Source: a virus. From it: a stretch of DNA of 50,562 bases. Location: the IMG/VR virus record IMGVR_UViG_3300045915_000028. The stretch is one strand, 5' to 3'. The notes beneath the pieces are model-generated. The model saw only the letters and a list, made by a program, of their open reading frames with translations, made no database searches and was not told the DNA's origin. The first letter of the stretch is position 1. The number at the start of each line of letters is the position of its first letter. Positions 6,826-15,575 of the stretch are shown in pieces. The translations under genes were made by a program, and so were the position numbers.

Positions 6826-7973
6826 CCGACACCACCACCGCCGAACACACCCACACCGACAGCGTGCTCGGCCCGGACCTCAACCGTGGCGGTGAACTCG
6901 TCGTCACATCGACGGCCGGCAGTGTCGCCGAGAACTTCGACGAATTCGAGCTCGCTGTGCGCCGCATGCTCGGCCTCGAGGACGCCTCAGACGGCGAGCT
7001 GCGACTGTTCCACCACGTGTGCCAACAGTCCGGACTGGACCCGTTCAACCGCGAGGTCTACATGATCGGCCGCAACACCGAAGTCGAGGTGTGGGAGGAA
7101 AGCCCCGACACCAAGCAGCGCCGCAAGGTGAAACGCTGGATCACGAAGTACACGATCCAGGTCGCGATCAACGGATTCCGGCGCCGCGCCCGTGAAATCG
7201 CCACACTGCTCGGCGCCCGCTACGAGGTCGGCGAACCGGTGTGGTGCGGTGAGGACGGCGAATGGCGCGAAGTGTGGGGCCAGTCGAAACCACCGGTGGC
7301 GGCGAAGTTCACGGTGTTCCGAGACGGCCAGCCCTACAGCTTCGTCGCGCACTACAACGAGTTCGTCCAGACGACCCGCGAAGGCAACCCGAATTCGATG
7401 TGGTCGAAGATGCCGGCCAACCAGTTACGTAAGTGCGCCGAGGTAGGCGCGATTCAGATGGCGTTCCCCGAGCAGCTCGGCGGCCTGGTCCTCGACGAGG
7501 CAGCCCAACCCGGCATCATCGACGCGAACGGGCCGGCGGTGCGGCGTGAGCCGACGAAAGCGCGTGGTGTAGCCGCGCTGACGCAGCGCGTCGCCACAGT
7601 CGTGAACGCGGAAAACATTCCGGAAAATATTCCGGAAAATATTCCGCCGGATGTCACACCCGCGGCCGCTATGTCCCCCGCTTCCCGGAAGAAGTGGCTG
7701 AACCGCATGTTCGCGCTGCTGGCTGAGGCCGAATGCCCGGATCGTGAGGATCAGCTGATCGTGATCACCGGACTCGCCGGACTCGATGAGCTGCCCGAGC
7801 ATCGCGACGCGCTCAGCGACGACGAGTTGCGGACTGTCGTCAACGCCCTCAACGCCGCCAGCAAAGAGGGTCGTCTCGGCGTGGTCGTCACTGATCTCCT
7901 CGAAACTTGGGTTGCCCGGCAAACCAACACCGACACCGACACCGCCGCAACCGAATCCGAGACGGAGAACTGA
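6822..7973 (+). CDS. recT: RecT-family single-strand annealing protein with extended C-terminus (383 aa)
   Basis: LFHHVCQQSGLDPFNREVYMIGRN, KYTIQVAINGFRRRA, WSKMPANQLRKCAEVGAIQMAFPEQLGG. Confidence 0.8.
   Translation: MTDTTTAEHTHTDSVLGPDLNRGGELVVTSTAGSVAENFDEFELAVRRMLGLEDASDGELRLFHHVCQQSGLDPFNREVYMIGRNTEVEVWEESPDTKQRRKVKRWITKYTIQVAINGFRRRAREIATLLGARYEVGEPVWCGEDGEWREVWGQSKPPVAAKFTVFRDGQPYSFVAHYNEFVQTTREGNPNSMWSKMPANQLRKCAEVGAIQMAFPEQLGGLVLDEAAQPGIIDANGPAVRREPTKARGVAALTQRVATVVNAENIPENIPENIPPDVTPAAAMSPASRKKWLNRMFALLAEAECPDREDQLIVITGLAGLDELPEHRDALSDDELRTVVNALNAASKEGRLGVVVTDLLETWVARQTNTDTDTAATESETEN
7610..7645 (+). repeat. 3 x 12-bp tandem repeat (GAAAAYATTCCG) encoding ENIPENIPENIP inside recT
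   Basis: Read directly; a local AT-rich island in a GC-rich gene. Confidence 0.9.
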
Positions 7974-7978
7974 CCACC

Positions 7979-8350
7979 ATGGCCATGGTTAAGAACAAAC
8001 CGGCAGACCTCGAAAGCGGCAACACCGTCGACCCCACCCTACTCACGGACGAAATCGACGTCGCCTACATCAGTTTCTCGACGACGAACGTCAAGATCGA
8101 ATCACCGCCGGACCTGGGTGAGAACGTGACCCTCATGATCCACGGAAAATGCACCGCCGTTGGTGAGAAGGAAAACAAGGACGGCGAAATCCGCAACGTG
8201 CGCACCATCACCGTCACCTCAGCGCACAAACCCGGCAAACGACCAGTCGAAGACCCCAACCAAGGATCAATCTTCACGATCACCAGCACCGCCGACGGCA
8301 CCACCGTCGAACCATCCGACGATGATGACGAGGACGAGGTGTCGGGGTGA
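7979..8350 (+). CDS. Hypothetical protein with acidic C-terminal tail DDDDEDE (123 aa)
   Basis: ATG 7979 six nt after the recT stop; ORF track frame. Confidence 0.6.
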   Translation: MAMVKNKPADLESGNTVDPTLLTDEIDVAYISFSTTNVKIESPPDLGENVTLMIHGKCTAVGEKENKDGEIRNVRTITVTSAHKPGKRPVEDPNQGSIFTITSTADGTTVEPSDDDDEDEVSG

Positions 8351-8619
8351 TCGCCGTGCACATCAAACCCCGTACCGACGGCCGCTACGACATCCACATC
8401 CACGACCGCAGCCTCGACGGTGAGCTGCTCGTGTTCTCCAACCAGGGCTACGAGAATCAGGGCGACGCGGAACGGATTGTGCGTCGCCTCTTCGGATCGA
8501 CGAATCAGACCGTCGATCCCGATGGGAAGACAATTCCCGCGGTGAAACCCGATTTCGAGCACGTTGATCTGACCATCACCTACCTCGACGGCACCGGACG
8601 ACACGAGATGCTCCGATGA
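8347..8619 (+). CDS. Hypothetical protein (90 aa), possibly YegP/DUF1508-like
   Basis: GTGA overlap; RYDIHIHDRSLDGELLVFSNQGYENQGDAERIV. Confidence 0.5.
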   Translation: MIAVHIKPRTDGRYDIHIHDRSLDGELLVFSNQGYENQGDAERIVRRLFGSTNQTVDPDGKTIPAVKPDFEHVDLTITYLDGTGRHEMLR

Positions 8620-9893
8620 AACCCCAAGTGCAACTGGACAAACCACTCACAGCAGACCAGATCGCAGAGGTCCGGCGCATCGGCGACGAATGGTTCGACA
8701 TCGGACTGTCGACCGAACGGTGCGACCGGCCGGCAGCAGAGGCCGCAGTCCGGGCCGCATACCGCGCCGCGAAGATCGAGGAGCCACGGTTAGTGGTGTG
8801 GATGGAATCACCATTAGGTGGTGTCTTCGCGGCCGCCATGATCAAGGATCTCGGTAAGCCGGATAGCCAGCTCGGGGGCCAGCTCGGGGGCCAGCTCGGG
8901 GACCAGCTCGGGGACCAGCTCTGGGACCAGCTCTGGGACCAGCTCGGGGGCCAGCTCGGGGGCCAGCTCGGGGACCAGCTCGGGGACCAGCTCCGGGGCC
9001 AGCTCCGGGGCCAGCTCGGGGACCAGCTCGGGGACCAGCTCCGGGGCCAGCTCGGGGGCCAGCTCGGGGACCAGCTCGGGGACCAGCTCGGGGACCAGCT
9101 CTGGGACCAGCTCGGGGACCAGCTCGGGGACCAGCTCTGGGACCAGCTCGGGGACCAGCTCCGGGGCCAGCTCCGGGGCCAGCTCTGGGACCAGCTCTGG
9201 GACCAGCTCGGGGGCCAGCTCCGGGGCCAGCTCTGGGACCAGCTCGGACTCGAACTGTCACCCTGGTGGGACGCCTACTGGCTCGCCTACTACACCTGCG
9301 CCTTACCACTTGCCGGACTTGATAATTCGCCACGCCTCGAGACACTGGTAGCGGCCAACCGACTCCTCGGATGGTGGTGGCCGATGCGCGGTGCAGCGGT
9401 TCTCACCGACCGCCCCACCATCCTGTCGCGCGATCAACAGGGCCGGTTGCACAACGAGAGGGGGCCTGCGCTGGCCTATGCGGATGGCTACGCCTACCAC
9501 GGCTGGCACGGCACCCGCGTACCCGCCGATCTCATCGAAACCGGTTGGGATATCGAGCGGATCATGGCCGAACGCAACGCTGAGGTCCGGCGGTGCGCGA
9601 TTGAACGCATGGGCTGGGACCAGTTCGTCACGGCCGCTGAACTCACACTAGCTGACGAGGCCGACGATCCGGGGAATCCCGGCCAGGTGCTCCGCTTGTA
9701 TGACGTGCCCCGCACGGTGCTGGACCTACCGGTGCGGGTATTGGTGTGTGTCAACGCAACCCGGGAACGTGACGGCTCCCGGCACACATTCGGACTGACC
9801 GTCCCGACTGACTGCAAGACCGCGATCGCGGCCGCCGCATGGAGTTTCGGCGTCACAGCGAAGGAATACCGGCAGCTCGTCCGAGCCTGCTGA
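8616..9893 (+). CDS. Repeat-containing protein (425 aa): N-terminal domain, 32 tetrapeptide repeats, conserved-looking C-terminal domain of unknown function
   Basis: ATGA overlap; C-terminal [42 protein letters not shown]... looks globular. Confidence 0.75.
   Translation: MKPQVQLDKPLTADQIAEVRRIGDEWFDIGLSTERCDRPAAEAAVRAAYRAAKIEEPRLVVWMESPLGGVFAAAMIKDLGKPDSQLGGQLGGQLGDQLGDQLWDQLWDQLGGQLGGQLGDQLGDQLRGQLRGQLGDQLGDQLRGQLGGQLGDQLGDQLGDQLWDQLGDQLGDQLWDQLGDQLRGQLRGQLWDQLWDQLGGQLRGQLWDQLGLELSPWWDAYWLAYYTCALPLAGLDNSPRLETLVAANRLLGWWWPMRGAAVLTDRPTILSRDQQGRLHNERGPALAYADGYAYHGWHGTRVPADLIETGWDIERIMAERNAEVRRCAIERMGWDQFVTAAELTLADEADDPGNPGQVLRLYDVPRTVLDLPVRVLVCVNATRERDGSRHTFGLTVPTDCKTAIAAAAWSFGVTAKEYRQLVRAC
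8865..9248 (+). repeat. 32 contiguous 12-bp tandem repeats G[G/A]CCAGCTC[G/T/C]GG, in frame, encoding ([GD]QL[GWR])x32
   Basis: Counted unit by unit from sequence and translation; most variation at unit positions 2 and 10; first unit starts AGC and last ends GGA. Confidence 0.95.
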
Positions 9894-9921
9894 ACCAACA
9901 ATCGAAGGGAAAACTACTTAA

Positions 9922-10329
9922 ATGGCAACAACTTTGGAACTGACCGCCGCCACCGGCGTGGCTGTGCTCACCGACATTGACGACGTCGACATCCCCTTAC
10001 TCGCCGGTGTCCAACGTCAGGGTGATGTCCTGATCCGGCCGACAATCGGAATCCTCGCTGCCACACCCGTCCCGGCCGCTGGCACGCCGGTGGTGCGGGG
10101 CGAGAACGGCGGCAACACGCATGCTGTCTACGCCGCTGATGGGCCCGTGTTCTGCGACGTGACAGCCGTGTCGGCCACTGATCTGCGGGTCGCACTGTTG
10201 ACGGTCCCCGAGGGTTCCACCGCCTACCTGGGCCATCCCGAGCATGGCTTTCTCGGCATCGCACCGGGTTCGTATGAGGTGCGCCGGCAGCGGGAGATGG
10301 CCGAGGAAATTCGGATGGTCGCGGACTAA
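9922..10329 (+). CDS. Hypothetical protein (135 aa)
   Basis: GAAGGG RBS region then ATG; coding-like. Confidence 0.65.
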   Translation: MATTLELTAATGVAVLTDIDDVDIPLLAGVQRQGDVLIRPTIGILAATPVPAAGTPVVRGENGGNTHAVYAADGPVFCDVTAVSATDLRVALLTVPEGSTAYLGHPEHGFLGIAPGSYEVRRQREMAEEIRMVAD

Positions 10330-10791
10330 GTGAGTCTCACACTGACTGACTTGTTCGCCGGTGCGGGTGGTTCGACCACGGGTGCGGTGTCCGTGCCCGG
10401 TGTCACCGTAGCCATCGCCGCCAATCACTGGCAACTGGCCATCGACTCGCATTCGGCTAATCATCCTGACACCGAGCATGTGCGGAACAACACGAGCAAA
10501 GGTGACGGAGCGGAGATGGTCACCCCGGTCAGTGAGGTGGTGCGCACCGTCACCACAGCAGGGCATCAATCGCTACTAGCCGGTGGTCCGACGGTCGACA
10601 TCGACGACGTGTTGTTCCGCATGTTGGAGCCGCATGAAATCGCTGCGGCGCAGGACTTTCCGCGTGGATACACGATCAAGGGGAACAAGCGGGAGAAGGT
10701 CCGCCAGATCGGTGGAGCGGTGTGCCCGCCGTGCGCCCGGGATCTGGTCGGCGTGGTGGCTGAATCACTGGGGATGGCCCTATGCCCATAA
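10330..10791 (+). CDS. DNA (cytosine-5) methyltransferase remnant lacking the catalytic core (153 aa)
   Basis: Motif I DLFAGAGG at the N-terminus and C-terminal RTVTTAGHQ / FRMLEPHEIAAAQDFP / KVRQIGGAVCPP blocks are present; no PC(Q) or ENV motifs in between. Confidence 0.6.
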   Translation: MSLTLTDLFAGAGGSTTGAVSVPGVTVAIAANHWQLAIDSHSANHPDTEHVRNNTSKGDGAEMVTPVSEVVRTVTTAGHQSLLAGGPTVDIDDVLFRMLEPHEIAAAQDFPRGYTIKGNKREKVRQIGGAVCPPCARDLVGVVAESLGMALCP

Positions 10792-11147
10792 GACCAGAGA
10801 ACAAGTCGAGGTATCCGTCCGACTGGAAACAGATCAGCCACCGCATCCGCTTCATCCGCGCCGGCTCACGCTGCGAATGTGAAGGCGAATGCGGCCGCGG
10901 CACCCACGCGGGTCGATGCCCAAACATTCACGGACTCAACGCATACGGCACCGGATCTAAAGTCATTCTCACCGTCGCCCACCTGAACCACGCCCCTGAG
11001 GACTGCCGCGACGCCAACCTCCGCGCGATGTGCCAGGGATGCCACCTGCACTACGACATCGAACACCACGCCCAGACCGCCCAACGCACCCGCACCGCCG
11101 CACTCGAAGCCCAAATGGAACCACTGTTCAACATCGACGGGGGGTGA
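10782..11147 (+). CDS. HNH endonuclease-like zinc-binding protein (121 aa)
   Basis: CECEGECG...LTVAHLNHAPEDCRDANLRAMCQGCHLHYD. Confidence 0.6.
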   Translation: MPIRPENKSRYPSDWKQISHRIRFIRAGSRCECEGECGRGTHAGRCPNIHGLNAYGTGSKVILTVAHLNHAPEDCRDANLRAMCQGCHLHYDIEHHAQTAQRTRTAALEAQMEPLFNIDGG

Positions 11148-11152
11148 TAGCG

Positions 11153-12169
11153 GTGTCCTGGTTCTACGTCGACGACGGATTCTCAGATTCCAAACCCGTC
11201 GAAAGCATGTCCGACTGCATCGTCAAAGTGCCGCTGCGACTCGCGGCGTGCGGCCTGTGGGTACTCGCCGGAAGCTGGTCAGCGAAAGAGGAAACCGACG
11301 GACTGGTGCCAGCGTCGAAGCTCCGTCAACTGGGCGGCACCCCGACCGTCATCCGTGCTCTCGTCGACCCGGGACCGCTGCGAGCACCCCTGTGCGATCC
11401 GGAAAAAGGACCAGTTTTCGACCCAAAAACAGCCCAAGATTGGGCCGAAATCCGGGCCGAATTCCGGCCCAGTTCGGACCCGATCAGGTTCCGAAACTGG
11501 CCCAAATGGCAACGAACACATGCCGAAAATCAAGCACGGCGAGAAGTGGAAGCCGAGAAGAAGAGAACACAACGAGCGGGCCGAAAGATCAAAGGCCGAA
11601 ACGCTATAACCAGGGAAAACAACGAAACGTCCCCCGGGGACACCACAGGGGACACGTTAGGGGACAACGAAACCGATCAACGTTCAGCTGACGACATATC
11701 AGCAAACCCTGTCCCCACGGGACTCCCTCGGGACTCTCACGCGTACGCGCGCAGACCCTCCCCTCCCCTACCCTATAGACGTAACTCACCTACCGAAGAG
11801 CACTCACCAAACGTAGGCGCCGACGAGCGCGGCCTGACCCAGCCCATCACACCCAGCGCAAGCCGACTCGTCGCCACCCTCATCCCCGACACCATCCCCG
11901 CCGCCGTGCGGACCGCACTGCGCCTGCAGGCCTCCCAGCTCATCACCGCCGACTCCGTCGACCCCGACATCGTCGCCGAAGCACTGCGCCGCTGGCTCAC
12001 ACGACCAGGCGCCGGCCCCGGCCTGCTCCCATCACTGGCCGCCGACATCATCCGCGAAATCGCAACTCCCAACGGCGCGAAACCCCACAAGATGCGCACA
12101 CTCGCCGAACTCGCCGCGAAAACCCGCGCCGCCGAGCAAACCGCCGGCCGAAAGGAACTCACGCCATGA
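11153..12169 (+). CDS. Replication-organizer-like DNA-binding protein with low-complexity centre (338 aa, GTG start)
   Basis: N-terminal SWFYVDDGFSDSKPV... resembles phage replication-initiator N-termini; position upstream of the resolvase; function inferred. Confidence 0.4.
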   Translation: MSWFYVDDGFSDSKPVESMSDCIVKVPLRLAACGLWVLAGSWSAKEETDGLVPASKLRQLGGTPTVIRALVDPGPLRAPLCDPEKGPVFDPKTAQDWAEIRAEFRPSSDPIRFRNWPKWQRTHAENQARREVEAEKKRTQRAGRKIKGRNAITRENNETSPGDTTGDTLGDNETDQRSADDISANPVPTGLPRDSHAYARRPSPPLPYRRNSPTEEHSPNVGADERGLTQPITPSASRLVATLIPDTIPAAVRTALRLQASQLITADSVDPDIVAEALRRWLTRPGAGPGLLPSLAADIIREIATPNGAKPHKMRTLAELAAKTRAAEQTAGRKELTP

Positions 12170-12552
12170 TCGCCCCCTCCGACGCCATGCAAGTCATGCT
12201 CATCACGCAGGCCTGCCACCACCGCACCGCGCCACGCATGGACGACCACGAAGCGACAATCGCCACCGCGAAAATATGGGCCGAACTGTTCAACGAATTC
12301 CGCCTCGAGCTGCCTGACCTGATCGCCGCGGTCAAGAAACGCGCACTGACCCACGCGGACGCCCCCGAGCCCGCCGAAATCATCACGTTCGCCCGCGAAA
12401 TCCGCCGCGACCGCGACGCCCGCCGCGGACCCACACCGGACTACGAGCAGCTCTGCGAAAGCAAATCCGACGACGCCGCTGAACTCGCCGCCAACCGGGA
12501 TCGCCTCGCCGCGCTCATCACGCCACTGGCCGCGGCGAAGGCGCCGCGATGA
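12166..12552 (+). CDS. Hypothetical protein (128 aa)
   Basis: ATGA overlaps at both ends. Confidence 0.6.
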   Translation: MIAPSDAMQVMLITQACHHRTAPRMDDHEATIATAKIWAELFNEFRLELPDLIAAVKKRALTHADAPEPAEIITFAREIRRDRDARRGPTPDYEQLCESKSDDAAELAANRDRLAALITPLAAAKAPR

Positions 12553-13157
12553 ACTGCGTACTCGGATTAGACACATCCCTGACCCGCGCCGGTGTCGCCG
12601 CCCTCGATTTGGGGCCCGAAACGGGAAACACCGCCGCACTGATTCTGCTCACCGACGTCGGCCACGGCGGCTCCGACGCCGACGGCTACCCGCAACGCCG
12701 CACACGGATCCGCGCCCAGGTCCACTCACTGATCCGGATCATCACCGACCTGCAAACCAGCCACCGCATAGAGCTGGCCGTGATCGAAGGCCCGTTGTAC
12801 GGAATGAAAACCCTCCCAAGCTATTTCGACCGCGCCATCCTGTGGGGCGCGATCTGCGACTGGCTCGACCACCAACACATCCCGATCGCCGTCGTCCCGC
12901 CAGCCACCCGGGAGAAGTTCATCACCGGCGTCGGCTCCAAAGGCGACAAGAAGCGAGTGCTGGCCGAGATGCGGGCCCTGTGGTCACCTGATGCGCCGCG
13001 CCGCATCCCCAACCACGATGTTGCTGACGCGCTCGGCCTGGCGACCGCCGGCGCGATCCATTTGGGGTGGCGGATGCCGTTCCGGTTGCGTCGCTGCCAC
13101 GTCGAAAACGTCGCGCTTATCGCCTGGCCCCAAACCGCAGAAGCCACAGCCCCATGA
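12549..13157 (+). CDS. RuvC-like Holliday junction resolvase (202 aa)
   Basis: VLGLDTSLTRAGVA, ELAVIEGP, NHDVADALGLA acidic catalytic motifs. Confidence 0.7.
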   Translation: MNCVLGLDTSLTRAGVAALDLGPETGNTAALILLTDVGHGGSDADGYPQRRTRIRAQVHSLIRIITDLQTSHRIELAVIEGPLYGMKTLPSYFDRAILWGAICDWLDHQHIPIAVVPPATREKFITGVGSKGDKKRVLAEMRALWSPDAPRRIPNHDVADALGLATAGAIHLGWRMPFRLRRCHVENVALIAWPQTAEATAP

Positions 13158-13804
13158 ACGATTATCCGGCCGGAATGACCCTGCGTCCCATCGTCGTATG
13201 GCCCCGCAGCGAGACCCGCAACCGTGTCCGATCGACATTCTCCGCCTCGTGGTCGGCCACCCTCGACCTGCTTGACCGGGAACTGCATCACCTCGGCCGT
13301 GGTGGACGCCAAGCCGACTCCGTGCTGCAGATCGCGATGCGTGAACAGGACTTCCGTCTCGACGGCATGCCCCGCGCCAACGCCGTTCCCGCGCACCCCG
13401 GAGTGATCCTCAACATCGAATCCAACAAAGGCCCACTGTCGTTCCCCTGCGACAAGTTCGACCGCTGGCGAGATAACCTGCGAGCGGTCGTGCTGGGCCT
13501 CGAAGCGCTCCGCAAAGTCGACCGCTACGGCATCACCCCGGGCAACGAGCAGTACCGGGGCTGGCAGGCCATCGAAGCTGCGCCCGCCGAACCGGTCAAG
13601 ACGCTCGAGCAGCTCGTCGCAGTCCTGGCCGATTACGCCGGCCTGATCACCCCGATCGCCGATAGCTCACCGGAGAACCTGGCCCGCATCTACCGGACAG
13701 CCCGCGCGAACACACACCCGGACCGCTCCGGCGGGGATCGTGGCGCGTGGGACCGCGTTGAAAAGGCCGCCGAGCAGTTGCGGCGCATGGGGTGGCTCGC
13801 ATGA
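13154..13804 (+). CDS. J-domain (DnaJ-like) protein (216 aa)
   Basis: C-terminal IYRTARANTHPDRSGGDRGAWDRVEKAAEQL with HPD at 13715-13723. Confidence 0.6.
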   Translation: MNDYPAGMTLRPIVVWPRSETRNRVRSTFSASWSATLDLLDRELHHLGRGGRQADSVLQIAMREQDFRLDGMPRANAVPAHPGVILNIESNKGPLSFPCDKFDRWRDNLRAVVLGLEALRKVDRYGITPGNEQYRGWQAIEAAPAEPVKTLEQLVAVLADYAGLITPIADSSPENLARIYRTARANTHPDRSGGDRGAWDRVEKAAEQLRRMGWLA

Positions 13805-14115
13805 CCACCAACACCACCACATACGCGCTCGACATCGCCTGGCAGACAGGCATCCAACTACCGAACCTGATGGGCCCATTCGACACCGACACCGAAGCCA
13901 GACAATGGGCCCAACTGAACGTCTTCGACCGCGCGGCCTGGCAACTGCGCCACCTCACCTACCCCTACCTACAACAACCCCAAAGCTGCACCGCCCGCTA
14001 CACCGGCAGCATGCCCCAACTCGCCAACAACCCCCACTGCTGCCTGGCCACAGGCCACGTCGGTGACCACGTCAACACCACAGGCTACCGCTGGCCCAAC
14101 GAAACCCGCCGATGA
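13801..14115 (+). CDS. Hypothetical protein (104 aa)
   Basis: ATGA overlaps at both ends. Confidence 0.55.
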   Translation: MTTNTTTYALDIAWQTGIQLPNLMGPFDTDTEARQWAQLNVFDRAAWQLRHLTYPYLQQPQSCTARYTGSMPQLANNPHCCLATGHVGDHVNTTGYRWPNETRR

Positions 14116-15575
14116 CCGCCGCCGCCGTCGATTTGCACCGCTGCCAGCTCGGTCCCGACTGCCACGCCGCCACCATCGAAAACGGGCAACGCCACCCCGC
14201 CCACACCGAACACCCCGACACCGTGTGCGCCACCTGCTCCACCGCGATCACCCATGCGGTCGGCGACCTCGCCAACATCTGGCACATGCTCAACAACGCC
14301 ATCGGCGACCGCACCCGCCGCGGCGGCCAGAAAGTCACCACCAGCCGATCAGCGCCCATCAACATCAACACCGACGTCGACGCACTCAAAACCGCGATCG
14401 TCGAATGGCTCGTCATCGCCACCGCACGCATCTCCGAACAACTCAACATCGACGACCCGCAACCCCTCTGCCACAGCGACACCGAACACGCCCGCATCGT
14501 CACAACCTGCCTCCAAATCCTCACCCCCAACATCGACATGCTGCTCGCACTCCCCGAAGACGACATCGTCACCTGGGCAACCGAAAACACCGACTACGCC
14601 GGCGAATCCGTCCCACACACCACCGACACCGGCACCCACTGGCGGCCCAACACCGAAATCATCAGCCTCACCGGCCTACAAATCGCCCTACGCCTCGTCG
14701 ACCTGCGACGCAAAGCCCGCGCACTGCTCGCCCTCACCAACCCCGAAGACAAACTGTCCACTCCCTGCCCAGGATGCGACCAACGCGAACTGCGCCGCCA
14801 CCACGAACACCGGCCCAACGGCCGCGACATCGACCAAATCGACTGCGGCAACTGCGGATTGAACTGGCCATACGACCGATACCGGCACCTGTGCCTCATC
14901 TGGGTAAAGGACGACGAGATGGAACGCGAAAAACTCCAAGCACAACTCGACACCGAAAAAGCCCGCCGCCAACTCGCCGAATGGCTCCTAGCCAAACGCG
15001 AATGGCAACTCAGCCTCGCCCTCGACTGCCCCGACGTCACCGCCGCCGACTTCGCCGAAACGATCCTCACCGACCCCGCCATCCCCGAACCCGGACCCGA
15101 CGACTACATGACCGACAAAGACATCGCCGCCCTAGCCGGCGTCGCCGTCAACACCATCCGCTCCTGGGCCTCACGCGGCCACATCACCCGCCACACCGCC
15201 GACGACGGATCCACCCTCTACCTCGCCGCAGAGGTCTGGGAACACGCCAAAACCGTCGCCGGCGGCCGCAACGCCACCAAACGGCGACTCACCACCACCC
15301 GCAAAGCCCTGACCTGCGTGACAAACCCCGAAATGCGTGCAACACTGTCCGCGGCGGCAGAGCCTGCCCAAAAACCGGCCCAACCAATGACGCGCAACGT
15401 TGGACTCCACTGCGCCGGCTGCGGCGAACCCCTCAGCCTCTACCACGACGGCCGCACCCCAACCACCGTCACCGTCACTTGCGCGTGCGGACACCAAACC
15501 ACCTGGACGACACCGAACACACCAATGCCCATCAGGCCAGGATTCGGGCTAGCTGCCGGGAAGGTAAATCCCTGA
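14112..15575 (+). CDS. Large DNA-binding protein with MerR/excisionase-like HTH and several zinc-ribbon-like Cys pairs (487 aa)
   Basis: MTDKDIAALAGVAVNTIRSWASRGHI; CPGC...CGNC and CAGC...CACGH pairs. Confidence 0.6.
   Translation: MTAAAVDLHRCQLGPDCHAATIENGQRHPAHTEHPDTVCATCSTAITHAVGDLANIWHMLNNAIGDRTRRGGQKVTTSRSAPININTDVDALKTAIVEWLVIATARISEQLNIDDPQPLCHSDTEHARIVTTCLQILTPNIDMLLALPEDDIVTWATENTDYAGESVPHTTDTGTHWRPNTEIISLTGLQIALRLVDLRRKARALLALTNPEDKLSTPCPGCDQRELRRHHEHRPNGRDIDQIDCGNCGLNWPYDRYRHLCLIWVKDDEMEREKLQAQLDTEKARRQLAEWLLAKREWQLSLALDCPDVTAADFAETILTDPAIPEPGPDDYMTDKDIAALAGVAVNTIRSWASRGHITRHTADDGSTLYLAAEVWEHAKTVAGGRNATKRRLTTTRKALTCVTNPEMRATLSAAAEPAQKPAQPMTRNVGLHCAGCGEPLSLYHDGRTPTTVTVTCACGHQTTWTTPNTPMPIRPGFGLAAGKVNP

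Noticed and set aside
8865-9248. Possible CRISPR array or other non-coding satellite
   Set aside because: The units are only 12 bp, are contiguous with no spacers, and stay in frame within a long ORF.
8842-9345. Minus-strand ORF encoding (AGPR)n
   Set aside because: It is the antisense reading of the 12-bp tandem array. The plus-strand frame continues into globular flanking domains and is coupled to neighbouring genes.
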